DNA of 59,414 nt from an uncultured Candidatus Saccharibacteria bacterium (GCA_964362125.1 CAYICS010000005.1:1-59414), one strand, 5' to 3'; counted from the stretch's first letter, positions 17,724 through 27,370 are shown. The notes: generated by a model from the sequence alone, not told the origin. Made by a program: numbers and translations.

Positions 17724-18026
17724 TCAACAGGTGGACTTTTTGGTGATGACCACCGAGATTTCAATCCCCTCGGCTAGGGCAAAGCGGATTGAGTAAGGGC
17801 CACAGCTTCCTTCTTGACAGACGCGTTGAACAATGGCTCCTACTTTCTCTAATCCATAGAGATGCCCAAGGACTTCTTGATCGTTAAGCCCTGTGGATTT
17901 CACCAACTCATCCAACTTCAAACCGAAGCCGCGGCCGGGGCCCTGATTGGCGAAAGCGGCTAGCACTCGCCCTAGCCTCTCCCCCTTTGGTCCTGGCATC
18001 AATTCAACGCCCTCTATCTCTGGCAT
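17724..18026 (-). CDS. Hypothetical winged-helix-like protein
   Basis: LKLDELVKSTGLNDQEVLGHLYGLEKVGAI; SD AAGGAG before ATG 18026. Confidence 0.55.
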   Translation of the reverse strand: MPEIEGVELMPGPKGERLGRVLAAFANQGPGRGFGLKLDELVKSTGLNDQEVLGHLYGLEKVGAIVQRVCQEGSCGPYSIRFALAEGIEISVVITKKSTC

Positions 18027-18142
18027 CAAACACACTCCTTCCCCTAAATGTAGAAAGTCCTCGAAATAACGAAGGACTTTAATTATAATAGCTCTAAACT
18101 ATTAAAAAGACAAGTCCCCTGACATTTCATTCTCGTTTTATT

Positions 18143-18721
18143 TTATTTTACAATTACCTCTAGTAATTCAGGAAATTCTTCTGTTCCCATATCGCTTAAA
18201 ACATAATGCCCTCTTCCTTTTAGTTCAATTAATTTTCCACCAAAAGCCTCATTGAATATTTTAGCACTTTTTCTATGTCTATCTTCTTCGTTATCAGCAG
18301 TAAAAATTATAATCTCTTTAACCCTCTCTTTAATTGTTTTATCAACTGGATATTCATAAAATGGCTTTCGATCTTCTTTGGATGTAATTTTTGAAGGAGC
18401 CACAAGAATTAATTTATTGACTCTTTTTTTTGTTTCTCCTAACCAGCGAACCAAAAAAGCAGAACCGCAGCTATGCCCCACTAAAATTGTGTTTTCGTTA
18501 ATATCGTATTTCTCGAATTCTGTCTTGAATTTTCGGTAATCCGGCTGCCACGGCTCTGGCATAAGCGGTGCCTCTGTTTCTATTCCAGCCGTGGTGAGAT
18601 TCCGCTTGAGCCACGGGATCCAGTGTTTGTCGTAAGTTCTTGTTTCAGGATTCATCGCCTTCTCTTTATCAGAAGGACAGCCGTGGATTATGATGCAGTT
18701 TGCTTTTTGAGTATCAATCAT
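18143..18721 (-). CDS. RBBP9/YdeN alpha/beta hydrolase
   Basis: IIHGC, HWIPWL, LVGHSCG, GRGHY. Confidence 0.9.
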   Translation of the reverse strand: MIDTQKANCIIIHGCPSDKEKAMNPETRTYDKHWIPWLKRNLTTAGIETEAPLMPEPWQPDYRKFKTEFEKYDINENTILVGHSCGSAFLVRWLGETKKRVNKLILVAPSKITSKEDRKPFYEYPVDKTIKERVKEIIIFTADNEEDRHRKSAKIFNEAFGGKLIELKGRGHYVLSDMGTEEFPELLEVIVK

Positions 18722-18725
18722 GAAA

Positions 18726-19233
18726 CTACCTCAAAACTTTGTAGCGAAGTTGAATCTCGTTATCAGTTATTTTCCTTTGTTCTACTAACTTCAAATTACG
18801 TTCAAAATCCCCATCTTTAAAAACTGGAATACCCTCACCGAGAATTATCGGCTCTACATCTAAATAAATTTCGTCAACTAGATTTTCAGCAAGAAATGAA
18901 GTAACCAGAATGCCTCCGCCCGCTACAATAATTTCTTCAAAGTCTTTTAGTAATTCCAAGGCTTCTTTTGAAGAATGAGCTACTAGATGGTTCTTCGCTA
19001 AAGTCTTAAAATTTTCTTGAGCGACGACGACAAGTTTTACATCTTTAAATTCCGAAAATTCCGGCTGTTTCGTAAGTATATTATATGTGCGATGACCAAC
19101 GATAAGGTTTCCGGCGCTTCGCACTGCCAAACTATAGCTGTCCCATTCCTCTTTTGAAATCCAGCTTGTGTCGTCGTCGCTTTTAGCGATCATGCCATTT
19201 ACGCTTATTGCCATTATAGAGGATTACTTTCAT
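18726..19233 (-). CDS. Dihydrofolate reductase/RibD-C family protein, with a 1-nt frameshift near the start
   Basis: MKVILY (ATG 19233) is out of frame with MAISVNGMIA (ATG 19214); GHRTY, AGGG, VDEIYLDVEPIILGEG. Confidence 0.8.
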
Positions 19234-19254
19234 AAATCTAAACTATCACATCTT

Positions 19255-19272
19255 ACCCTACCCCGCTACTCA
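19255..19272. repeat. ACCCYACCCCGCTACTCA cassette-boundary motif (also 20053, 21545, 27392, 28178)
   Basis: Five same-orientation intergenic copies; the 27392 copy is interrupted after 16 bp. Confidence 0.85.
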
Positions 19273-19308
19273 CTATATCTTTTACGGCTTTTGAGATAAA
19301 ATTTTGAT

Positions 19309-19932
19309 ATGAGAATATTCGCTTTTATAGACGCCTCAAACCTCTTTTACGGCGGTGAGAAAAGTTTGGGGTGGAAAATAGATTATCAAAAACTCCTCCA
19401 CTACTTGAAGGAAAAATATGGCGTCAGCATTGCCTTTTATTTTGGCGGCGTTGAGATACACGATTTCAAATATAATTACCAAGCTGACGAGACCGTCCCT
19501 CTCAAGATTTTAGAAAAACACTTACTTAATTTGCTTCAAAACAGGGGTAAAGAATTGAACGAAGTCCAACTACTCCTTATCGGGCGACATCTGCAACGAA
19601 CAAGATTTTATCTGCGACTTGATAAGTTTGGCTATAAGTTGTTTCTTAAGCCCGTGAAGTTATACGAACAAGATGACGGCACGACAAAGCGTAAGGCAAA
19701 TTGCGATGTTGATATGACATTTCACTTAATGAAAGAGAAAGATAATTTTGACCGAGTTGTTGTATTATCGGGCGATGGGGACTTCTTGCCCGTCTTAAAA
19801 TACCTCAAGGAGAGCGACAAAGAAGTGATTATATTGGGTAGAGGCAAGAGAACGGCTAAAGAAATTAGGCAATTCGCAGGAGATAACTTTAGGGACTTTG
19901 AGTATTTACGAGAACGCCTGAAAATTAAGTAA
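19309..19932 (+). CDS. NYN domain (LabA/DUF88) PIN-like nuclease
   Basis: FIDASNL, KANCDVDM, LSGDGDF. Confidence 0.9.
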   Translation: MRIFAFIDASNLFYGGEKSLGWKIDYQKLLHYLKEKYGVSIAFYFGGVEIHDFKYNYQADETVPLKILEKHLLNLLQNRGKELNEVQLLLIGRHLQRTRFYLRLDKFGYKLFLKPVKLYEQDDGTTKRKANCDVDMTFHLMKEKDNFDRVVVLSGDGDFLPVLKYLKESDKEVIILGRGKRTAKEIRQFAGDNFRDFEYLRERLKIK

Positions 19933-20049
19933 AAACAACGAAAGACACCCATGTAGGATGTCTTTCAAGTTTAGTACTTTCAGTATAACAAGCGATTATG
20001 AAAAGTCAATGAGGGGGTGTGAATGCCCCATTTACCCTATTTTTAGGGC

Positions 20050-20354
20050 TTTACCCCACCCCGCTACTCATTAAAAAAAATTCTCTCGGTGTTATAATTT
20101 TAATACCCCTATATTCTTTTAACACTAATTGGTATCAAGCACCACCCTACGGCTTTCTGCCATGTCGGAATTCGTAAACTATCCGATCTACATCTGCTTC
20201 ACTTTTAATGCCCATCTTTTTACCTTGTTCTTTTCCATATTGAAATAATTTTTCCCACTCCAGCCGATCCTTAAGATAAATCCAGGGGGCCTATCTTATT
20301 AACTCGCTTCGATTGCGGTATTCTTTCTTGGCTAGTTTATCAGCCTCCCTCACT
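20050..20354. repeat. 305-bp direct repeat, copy 1 (copy 2 at 21542-21846)
   Basis: Appears identical by eye; offset 1492 bp. Confidence 0.9.
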
Positions 20355-20355
20355 T

Positions 20356-21504
20356 CTATTTAAACCTAACAAATTCCCCATCCTTAATAACCACTAAATC
20401 GAAATTTACTGGTACATCGCCATTGTTATCAAAAGAAACTATTCCTCCTGCACCTTGATAATCTTTTATATCAAATAACGAGTTTTTTATGCATTCTGTA
20501 TTAGAAGAACCGCATTTTACTATCACATCATAAATGATTTTCAGTGAATCGTAAGCACGAATAGAATAGTGCTGTTGTATGCCTGGATCCTCATTATATT
20601 TATTCTTATAAGCTTCAACAAATTTTTTAAAGTTTTCTCCCTGATCTTTTGGTAAAGTTGGCACAGCAGTAGGAAGCAGTAATCCATTTGCGTTGCTTCC
20701 CGCTAAATCTAAAAATTCTTTGCCGCCAATAATAGCGAATGAAGCAATAAACTGAGATGTAATACTTAATTCCCTCGCTTGTTTAATTAATAATCCTCCT
20801 TCTTTGGGGTAGGAAGAAATGTAAACAAATGATGGGTTTAGATTTTTTATCTTAGTTAGTTGTGAACGAAAATCGGTATTATTTGGCTCAATAGTTTCTT
20901 CCATTAATACTCTACCGCCCCTAGACGTATATTGTTCCTTAAACGATTTGGTACCACCTATACCATAATCATTATTTATTTTAATTATTGCAACTTTCTT
21001 GACTTTTAAATCTTCAGAAATAACTTTAGCAAGATATTCTGACTCCTGAACTGTGGAGGGAAAATTTCTGAAAGTAAAATCATTCGGTGTAGCATAATCT
21101 GGTACTGCTGTAGCCACTCCCATATGCACAACTTTGTCACGATTGGCTAATGACGTTAATGCTAAACCAATACTAGATCCCCATGTGAAAACTACAGGTA
21201 CATTATATCTAGCTCTTAATGAATTATAAGCGAGCACCGCTGTCTTTGTTTCTCCCTTACTATCTTCATAAATGAGATTTAATTTTCTATTACTTTTTTG
21301 ATTTATTTCTTCAAGGGCTAAATCCATGCCGTGTTTAATCCACTCTCCTTGATCAACGCCGCTTCCACTACTTAGTGGTAAAATAACTCCTAAATTTATT
21401 GAATCATTATTTTGCTCCGGTACCGATTTATTTATCAAAAAATACCCACCGCCAACAAGCAATATAATAGCTATAATCCAACCAATAATTCTATCCCAAT
21501 TCAT
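20356..21504 (-). CDS. Branched-chain amino-acid-type ABC substrate-binding protein (LivK-like)
   Basis: LGVILPLS, YEDSKG, NNDYG, DFRSQLTKIK, AYDS, G..SFDNNGD. Confidence 0.9.
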   Translation of the reverse strand: MNWDRIIGWIIAIILLVGGGYFLINKSVPEQNNDSINLGVILPLSSGSGVDQGEWIKHGMDLALEEINQKSNRKLNLIYEDSKGETKTAVLAYNSLRARYNVPVVFTWGSSIGLALTSLANRDKVVHMGVATAVPDYATPNDFTFRNFPSTVQESEYLAKVISEDLKVKKVAIIKINNDYGIGGTKSFKEQYTSRGGRVLMEETIEPNNTDFRSQLTKIKNLNPSFVYISSYPKEGGLLIKQARELSITSQFIASFAIIGGKEFLDLAGSNANGLLLPTAVPTLPKDQGENFKKFVEAYKNKYNEDPGIQQHYSIRAYDSLKIIYDVIVKCGSSNTECIKNSLFDIKDYQGAGGIVSFDNNGDVPVNFDLVVIKDGEFVRFK

Positions 21505-21564
21505 GAAGCTAAAAGTAGCAAATTTAATAGTCGAGGTCAATTTTACCCCACCCCGCTACTCATT

Positions 21565-21655
21565 AAAAAAAATTCTCTCGGTGTTATAATTTTAATACCC
21601 CTATATTCTTTTAACACTAATTGGTATCAAGCACCACCCTACGGCTTTCTGCCAT
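21565..21655 (-). pseudogene. Internally deleted PIN toxin remnant
   Basis: MAESRRVVLDTN* followed shortly by LKEYRGIKIITPREF, the N- and C-termini of PIN-family toxins. Confidence 0.6.
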
Positions 21656-21887
21656 GTCGGAATTCGTAAACTATCCGATCTACATCTGCTTCACTTTTAA
21701 TGCCCATCTTTTTACCTTGTTCTTTTCCATATTGAAATAATTTTTCCCACTCCAGCCGATCCTTAAGATAAATCCAGGGGGCCTATCTTATTAACTCGCT
21801 TCGATTGCGGTATTCTTTCTTGGCTAGTTTATCAGCCTCCCTCACTAATTCTTCCGGTAGGGTGATATTGATAATTTTTGCTTTCAT
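21639..21887 (-). pseudogene. CopG/ribbon-helix-helix antitoxin with internal stop
   Basis: MKAKIINITLPEELVREADKLAKKEYRNRSELIR*APWIYLKDRLEW...; TAG at 21783-21785. Confidence 0.7.
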
Positions 21888-22174
21888 ATAATAATTGTAT
21901 TGTTTATGTATGGGTATGTCAATACCTTTCTCTCGACAGAAAAATCGCGCAAAAAATCACTTTAATTCGATTGCAATCAATCCGTATTTTTGAATCTTCT
22001 CACGGTAACCCGGGAAGCTGTAATACAGCTTCTTTAATTCTTCTTCTATCTCCTTGTCCACCAGCGCATGCTACAACATCTAGCAGTAGACATCGAATAT
22101 TATCATTATATGTCCGATCGGACATTGATTGATAACAAACGATATCGAGCAAGAGCATCGGCTGGCTGATGAGG

Positions 22175-22206
22175 AAAAAAAAGCCGCTCCGATACTGCGG
22201 AGCGGC
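22175..22206 (-). terminator. Terminator of the csrA unit
   Basis: GCCGCTCCG/CGGAGCGGC stem followed by T8. Confidence 0.75.
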
Positions 22207-22237
22207 CGCTGTTCTTGGTTAGCGAATCAAACAGCTT

Positions 22238-22456
22238 CTATGCTGCCGGCTCTGGAGGCGGCGGGGGCGGCTTGGGAGTGTCCCAGGGGGTCTTCTTACC
22301 GTGAATCTGTTTATAGATTTCCTGACGATGCACCATTGTCTCTCGCGGCGCATCTATGCCTAAACGCACCTTGTCGCCCCGGATTTCTATTATACTAATC
22401 ACTGCCTGCCCTTCAATCACAATCGCCTCGTTTTTTCTCCTTATGAGAACCAACAT
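22238..22456 (-). CDS. csrA: Carbon storage regulator CsrA
   Basis: MLVLIRRKNEAIVI...IRGDKVRLGIDAPRETMVHRQEIY; SD AAGGAG. Confidence 0.9.
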   Translation of the reverse strand: MLVLIRRKNEAIVIEGQAVISIIEIRGDKVRLGIDAPRETMVHRQEIYKQIHGKKTPWDTPKPPPPPPEPAA

Positions 22457-22485
22457 AACTGGCTCCTTAAAAGGGACCTGGAAAC

Positions 22486-22755
22486 TCACTCTCCCAGCCA
22501 CCAGTAATCTTTTTCAAACTCGGCCCGCAGTTTAGAGATTATTCCCTGTTTCCTTAAGACAGTAGTTTTTGAACACCCGACATTTTGGACGATTTTCTTT
22601 ACCGAAAGGCCTTGTAAAGAGAAAAAGGCTACCCAAACTGTCCAACCGTAGATGTCTTCAACACGCTCTTTAAGCCACTCCAGAAACTTTCGGTCTTTTT
22701 CGTTCAATTCCTTCGAGCCGCTAAGATCAAGCTCCGACCAATCGTTGACTTTCAT
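22486..22755 (-). CDS. Small HTH protein
   Basis: QGLSVKKIVQNVGCSKTTV. Confidence 0.65.
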   Translation of the reverse strand: MKVNDWSELDLSGSKELNEKDRKFLEWLKERVEDIYGWTVWVAFFSLQGLSVKKIVQNVGCSKTTVLRKQGIISKLRAEFEKDYWWLGE

Positions 22756-23330
22756 TCTTTCCCTCCTTCCTTTTCGTTCTTGTCAGCGACAAACTCCAAG
22801 ATAGTGTGGATATGGAGGAAGTCGACCCTCGAGTGAGGTTTGTCAGTATCCTCAACTTCCTTAGCGTGCTGGATAAGAAAACCAGAGAACACATAAACCA
22901 GCTCTGCGGCGGTGGCTGGCTGAAACTGTGGAGGATAGCTGTGGAGATCACTCTCTTTCCCTTTTTCCTGCCTTACAGTCCGAGTGATGAGTGACATAAT
23001 CAGCCGGCCGCCCGGCATCAGCGCCCGCTTGATTCTCTCCACCATCTCAGGGAACTCCTTTTGGTAAAAGTGAAGAGAATTGATGGCCAGAATCAGTTGG
23101 TAGCGCGCCTCGCCCATATTAAATTCCAGAAAATTTTGCCGCAAAGTCTCAAAATGAGACTTGAGCGTTTCTTCTGGGGGCGGCTGGCTGTTTTTATCAA
23201 TCGCCAGCACCCTAAACCCAAGGCGGGCCAGATAACGGCTATCGCGCCCCCTGCCCGCTCCCAGTTCCAGAGCCCGTCCCCGCGGCGCTGTAGCCGCGTA
23301 TTTCTCCACCAAAGAACTGCAACTGGTCAT
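22752..23330 (-). CDS. Class I SAM-dependent methyltransferase (TehB-like)
   Basis: RALELGAGRGRDSRYLARLGFRVLAID, ALMPGG. Confidence 0.85.
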   Translation of the reverse strand: MTSCSSLVEKYAATAPRGRALELGAGRGRDSRYLARLGFRVLAIDKNSQPPPEETLKSHFETLRQNFLEFNMGEARYQLILAINSLHFYQKEFPEMVERIKRALMPGGRLIMSLITRTVRQEKGKESDLHSYPPQFQPATAAELVYVFSGFLIQHAKEVEDTDKPHSRVDFLHIHTILEFVADKNEKEGGKE

Positions 23331-23530
23331 TGTCTGTCTCCTAATTTATAGAAATCAAGGCTGCTTCTTATATGATACACAATAAAAATAAAAATGTCAA
23401 CAACAAATCTCTATGCGGTTTTATACTATTTCCTGAACAGCGGCCTTGGCAAAAATTTTCCAAAAGAAAAACCCCGTAGTAGAGTTCTTTAAAATGAAGA
23501 ATTTAGCCAGTAGCGACAGAACGGCTGAAC

Positions 23531-23556
23531 CTGCTCCTGAATTGATTCAGTAGCAG
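23531..23556. repeat. CTGCTACTGAAT-NN-ATTCAGTAGCAG palindrome (also 26848, 34353, 36233)
   Basis: Four copies with 0-1 mismatch in the arms. Confidence 0.9.
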
Positions 23557-23585
23557 ATTCAGCAGCATTGATTTATAATTAACCT

Positions 23586-23768
23586 ATGGCCAGCAGAAAA
23601 CTGAAAGAAAAAAACATCAGGAAGCTGACGCGGATGGGCGGCGGCAGGAGTTTGGGCCTGACCCTGCCCACAGAAATGATCCGCGCTCTGGGCTGGCGGG
23701 AACGGCAAAAAGTCGTCGCCCGCAAACGGGGCAAGAAAATCCGGATTGAGGATTGGAAAAAAAGATAA
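23586..23768 (+). CDS. AbrB/MazE/SpoVT-type DNA-binding protein
   Basis: IRKLTRMGGGRSLGLTLPTEMIRALGWRERQKV. Confidence 0.8.
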   Translation: MASRKLKEKNIRKLTRMGGGRSLGLTLPTEMIRALGWRERQKVVARKRGKKIRIEDWKKR

Positions 23769-23784
23769 TTTTTCTATATTTTTG

Positions 23785-23824
23785 ATTATACACTCATCGC
23801 GCACGTGCGCGATGAGTGTATAAT
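23785..23824. repeat. 40-bp perfect palindrome (second copy 26882-26923)
   Basis: ATTATACACTCATCGCGCAC|GTGCGCGATGAGTGTATAAT. Confidence 0.95.
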
Positions 23825-23946
23825 ATAAGATTCCTGTTCTGACTATGCTAACTTATATCGGTGGTGATTAATCACTAGTAGGCGCTCCTAAATTAACCCA
23901 ATTAGTAACGCCTCCCACATTAAAAATCCGCCACACATTCCCTTCT

Positions 23947-25644
23947 TCAAACAACCACTACTTCATAAATTTTCAGCGGCCGGGTCTTGCCCTTGACCTT
24001 AACCTCGCCCAGAGGACGAGTTAAGAAAATTCCCTCCAGCCGCCGGGCCGTTTCTTCAGAAATAATAATATTAGTTTGGAAATCTTTATTCAAACTCTCC
24101 AAGCGGGAGGCGGCGTTAACCGTATCGCCGATGACCGTATAGTCAAATCTTTTGGCTGATCCCATATTACCGACTGTCGCCGAACCAGTGTGGATGCCGA
24201 TGCCAATATCTATTTTAGGCCAACCTCTCTCCAGCCATTGATCTTGGAGCCGCCGCAGTCGCCGCATCATTCCCACCGCCGCCGCCACTGCCCGTCGCGG
24301 ATGATCGGATTGGGCAATGGGCGCGCCCCAAAAAGCCATGATAGCATCGCCGATAAATTTATCCACCACGCCGTCAGTGGCTAAAATTTCTTCAGTCATC
24401 TCGGTAAAATATTGGTGGAGAAGCTGGGAAAGTTTTTCCGGCGCCAGTGTCTCACTGATGGCGGTAAAAGAACGGATGTCAGAAAATAAAACAGTGATTT
24501 CCCGCCGCTCCCCGCCCAGCTGCAAACCGGCAGGATTAGCCAGAATCGCCTCCAGAACAGAAGGAGAAAAATAATTATCAATAGTGCGCCTCAGCTTCTT
24601 TTTCTCCAGGTCGGTTTTATACCAGCGATAGATTCCCTGTCCTGAAAAAACGCCGGCCAGCAGAACCATATTAAAAAAGTAAGGCAGGACAAAATCAGAA
24701 CGGAAAGCTAAAAAACTGACTGCCGGCAGCAGCAGCCCCAAAATAAGGGCGGCCAGGAGCGACCGGCTGATTTTTGTTTTAAGGGAATAAAGATACAGGC
24801 CGGCGGCCAAAATCAAACCCAACAGCCAAGCCGCCGGGTTGGCGGCGGCCCGGCGCGGCCGCCGCAAAAGAATATTGTCAAGAACATTGGCCTGCCACTC
24901 TACTCCGGCCATTAAACCTCGTCCGGGCACTGACACCAAATCATGCAGGTCACTGGCAGTGGCGCCGACAAGAATAATTTTATCTTTAAGAACTGCCTGA
25001 TCCAACCGGCCGGAAATAACATCGCTGACAGAAAAAGTGGCAAAGGCGCCGGCTGGTCCGGCAAAATTAATAACCAGATTGTCAGCCGCCGGCAGAGCGG
25101 CACCGACAGCTTGGGCTAGTTGTATAGCAAACGGCTGAAAAGAATCGCTGTCTAGCGCCAGTTCCTCCGGGAAAGGGCGGGCCAAGCCGTCAGGGGCAGT
25201 CGGCACGTTGACATGTCCCAAAAAAACATTGGACAAATTGCTGAAAGAGGCCAGCGGCCGCACCAATCCCCGACTGCCGTCTTGATAGCTGATAATCTCC
25301 ACCGGCAAAACCAAGGGAAAGGAAACTTCGGCCAGCGCCTCGGCTAGAAACTGATCGTCTTGAGTTGAAGAAGACTCGCTGAAATTGATGTCCAGGCCGG
25401 CGGCGCGGACCCCGGCCTGATCTAAAATCCGCAAAAGTCGGGCAGGGATACTCCTTGACCAAGGCCAGCGGCCGATTTCTTTCAAGCTCTTATTGTCAAC
25501 CGCTAAAATTACCACTTCGGGATGAGACGGATGGGACGAAAGAAACAAATCAACCGCCCGCAGGTCCAGGACTTTAATAAAAGGAGTAAAAGCCAGCAGG
25601 GAAAAAATCAGAATCAGGCCACTGCCGATGATTATTTCTTTCAC
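23947..25644 (-). CDS. CHASE2-domain adenylate/guanylate cyclase
   Basis: GRWPWSR, LFSDIRSFT, DKFIGDAIMAFWGAP, DTVNAASRLE, VKGK. Confidence 0.95.
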   Translation of the reverse strand: MKEIIIGSGLILIFSLLAFTPFIKVLDLRAVDLFLSSHPSHPEVVILAVDNKSLKEIGRWPWSRSIPARLLRILDQAGVRAAGLDINFSESSSTQDDQFLAEALAEVSFPLVLPVEIISYQDGSRGLVRPLASFSNLSNVFLGHVNVPTAPDGLARPFPEELALDSDSFQPFAIQLAQAVGAALPAADNLVINFAGPAGAFATFSVSDVISGRLDQAVLKDKIILVGATASDLHDLVSVPGRGLMAGVEWQANVLDNILLRRPRRAAANPAAWLLGLILAAGLYLYSLKTKISRSLLAALILGLLLPAVSFLAFRSDFVLPYFFNMVLLAGVFSGQGIYRWYKTDLEKKKLRRTIDNYFSPSVLEAILANPAGLQLGGERREITVLFSDIRSFTAISETLAPEKLSQLLHQYFTEMTEEILATDGVVDKFIGDAIMAFWGAPIAQSDHPRRAVAAAVGMMRRLRRLQDQWLERGWPKIDIGIGIHTGSATVGNMGSAKRFDYTVIGDTVNAASRLESLNKDFQTNIIISEETARRLEGIFLTRPLGEVKVKGKTRPLKIYEVVVV

Positions 25645-25646
25645 TT

Positions 25647-26738
25647 TTAAGGAATGACGATGATGGTCGAGGTCTTTTGCTCTTTAAAGACAACGCTGAC
25701 CGTGTCTCGGCCTTCAGTGGCCGGCTGGTAAAGACCATCGGGTGAAATTTTACCACCAGCGGTTCCGCTGACCGACCATTGAACCTGACTGGTAACGTCA
25801 ACTTGGGAATTGTCGCTGTAGCTGGCAGTGGCGGTAAATTGAGCTGAGGGTAGAGACCGGGCTGTCTGATAGCCGTAGAGACCATTGCTTATTTCCTGAC
25901 CAGCCGGCTCAATTTTCTTGTAAGTCAAGTCTAAGTCAGTGAGGTATTTGACCGCCGCTGGCTCTGGTCGGGACGCTGGCTCTGTTTTCAGTTGGGGTTG
26001 GGATTTAATCGGTGGAGGTGGCGGGGGTGGAGGCAAAGGTGGAGGCAGGGGCTGACTCAATCTCGACTCGTTGAGACGAGGCAGGGCTGGCGCCGGCTCC
26101 TTAAAATAGCCATCTTCTTTTTCATTAAAGATTATCCATTCATCTTTAAATTCCGGCGGGGCAAACAATGGACCTTTGTCAAAATCAGCTTGGGCGGCCG
26201 CGTCGCTGACAACCAAAAGCTGGCCGCTTTTTATTATCTTGATATTTTCCTGATTGCTGACTAAATAACTAAAAACCTCGCCCAAGCCCACATAAATCTG
26301 ACTGACATTTTTTAAATAAGAAACCAGGAAGCTGGTGCCCCGCACCGCGCCCACCAAGGTTGGGGTTTCCACCTGATAGCCGTCAGCCGGGGCCGGCTCC
26401 TGAACCTTAGACCAGGTTCTGCCGGAAACCAGCTTAAAGAGGTCTTGCTCCACCCGCAGTTCGGTGCTGGCGTCCAGCCGGATCACTGATCCGTCTTTAA
26501 GAATGATTGAGGCGCGGCTGTCCGGGCTGGTGCGGACAGTGTCATCAAGGTACACCGGACTGCCGGTGGCACCGGGCTGACTGACGCCGTCTCGGACAAT
26601 GGCCGCCTGACCGATGTAGATATTAAGATTGCCGACGCTGACCGGCAGGATCGCCTCTGGCTGCTGAAGATAAAAATAGCCGCCGGCGCCGATAGCAGCT
26701 AAAACCAACAACAAATAAATCAGCTTGACCATCTTCAA
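25647..26738 (-). CDS. FecR-domain protein with C-terminal Ig-like domain
   Basis: DGSVIRLDASTEL, VETPTLVGAVRGT, QFTATASYSD. Confidence 0.85.
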   Translation of the reverse strand: MKMVKLIYLLLVLAAIGAGGYFYLQQPEAILPVSVGNLNIYIGQAAIVRDGVSQPGATGSPVYLDDTVRTSPDSRASIILKDGSVIRLDASTELRVEQDLFKLVSGRTWSKVQEPAPADGYQVETPTLVGAVRGTSFLVSYLKNVSQIYVGLGEVFSYLVSNQENIKIIKSGQLLVVSDAAAQADFDKGPLFAPPEFKDEWIIFNEKEDGYFKEPAPALPRLNESRLSQPLPPPLPPPPPPPPIKSQPQLKTEPASRPEPAAVKYLTDLDLTYKKIEPAGQEISNGLYGYQTARSLPSAQFTATASYSDNSQVDVTSQVQWSVSGTAGGKISPDGLYQPATEGRDTVSVVFKEQKTSTIIVIP

Positions 26739-26962
26739 AAAGACTTTACCCTAAAATAAACCAAAATAAAAGAGCTCCTGCCATTACTTTCATTTTCTCC
26801 GGTGGCCAAAAATTAGGACAGGATTTCAAAATAACGGCGCCAAAACCCTGCTACTGAATTGATTCAGTAGCAGATTCATTTGATTATACACTCATCGCGC
26901 ACGTGCGCGATGAGTGTATAATCCAAGATTCCTGTTCTAACTTGTTCTAATAATGAGTATAT

Positions 26963-27370
26963 CTAGATCCCAGATTTGAGAGGGTTTGGAGTTTGAACCT
27001 CTGGTTTTCGGAAAAGCGATTTATTGTAAATTACTGCTCCAATAATCAACAACGCCCCCACTCCCCATATCGGCCACGCGCCCCAAGTGCTTAAGAACAC
27101 ATAGCGTCCGACATAGAGAAGAACTGCCCCGATGACGAGAAGTATGAGCGGCTTGGGATTTTTGTGCGCTCGGTAGTCCAGAATAAAACCAACTGCACCA
27201 AGAGCAATAAGCCCAAAAGCAACCCAACGCCAAACTGGTATTAAAGCTCCCAGCCCAAGATAAGTAAGAAGCGAGGCAGAGCCAATCCAGCAAAGCGGAC
27301 ATACCCCTATTGCTCCGGCGCCTAAGATGGGAGCTAAAAATGTAAGAATTTTTTGGAGCTTTTCCTTCAT
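26963..27370 (-). CDS. MerC-like metal transport membrane protein
   Basis: CPLCW, YRAHKNPKPL, about 4 TM segments. Confidence 0.65.
   Translation of the reverse strand: MKEKLQKILTFLAPILGAGAIGVCPLCWIGSASLLTYLGLGALIPVWRWVAFGLIALGAVGFILDYRAHKNPKPLILLVIGAVLLYVGRYVFLSTWGAWPIWGVGALLIIGAVIYNKSLFRKPEVQTPNPLKSGI

Noticed and set aside
21783-21785. Stop-codon recoding suggested by the in-frame TAG
   Set aside because: TAG and TGA end intact genes (bcp, tmk), and the neighbouring toxin is also decayed, so this is a pseudogene
21940-22115. Fragment ending YYSFPGYREKIQKYGLIAIELK on the minus strand
   Set aside because: Possibly an ASCH-like gene remnant, but too short and without a clear start to call
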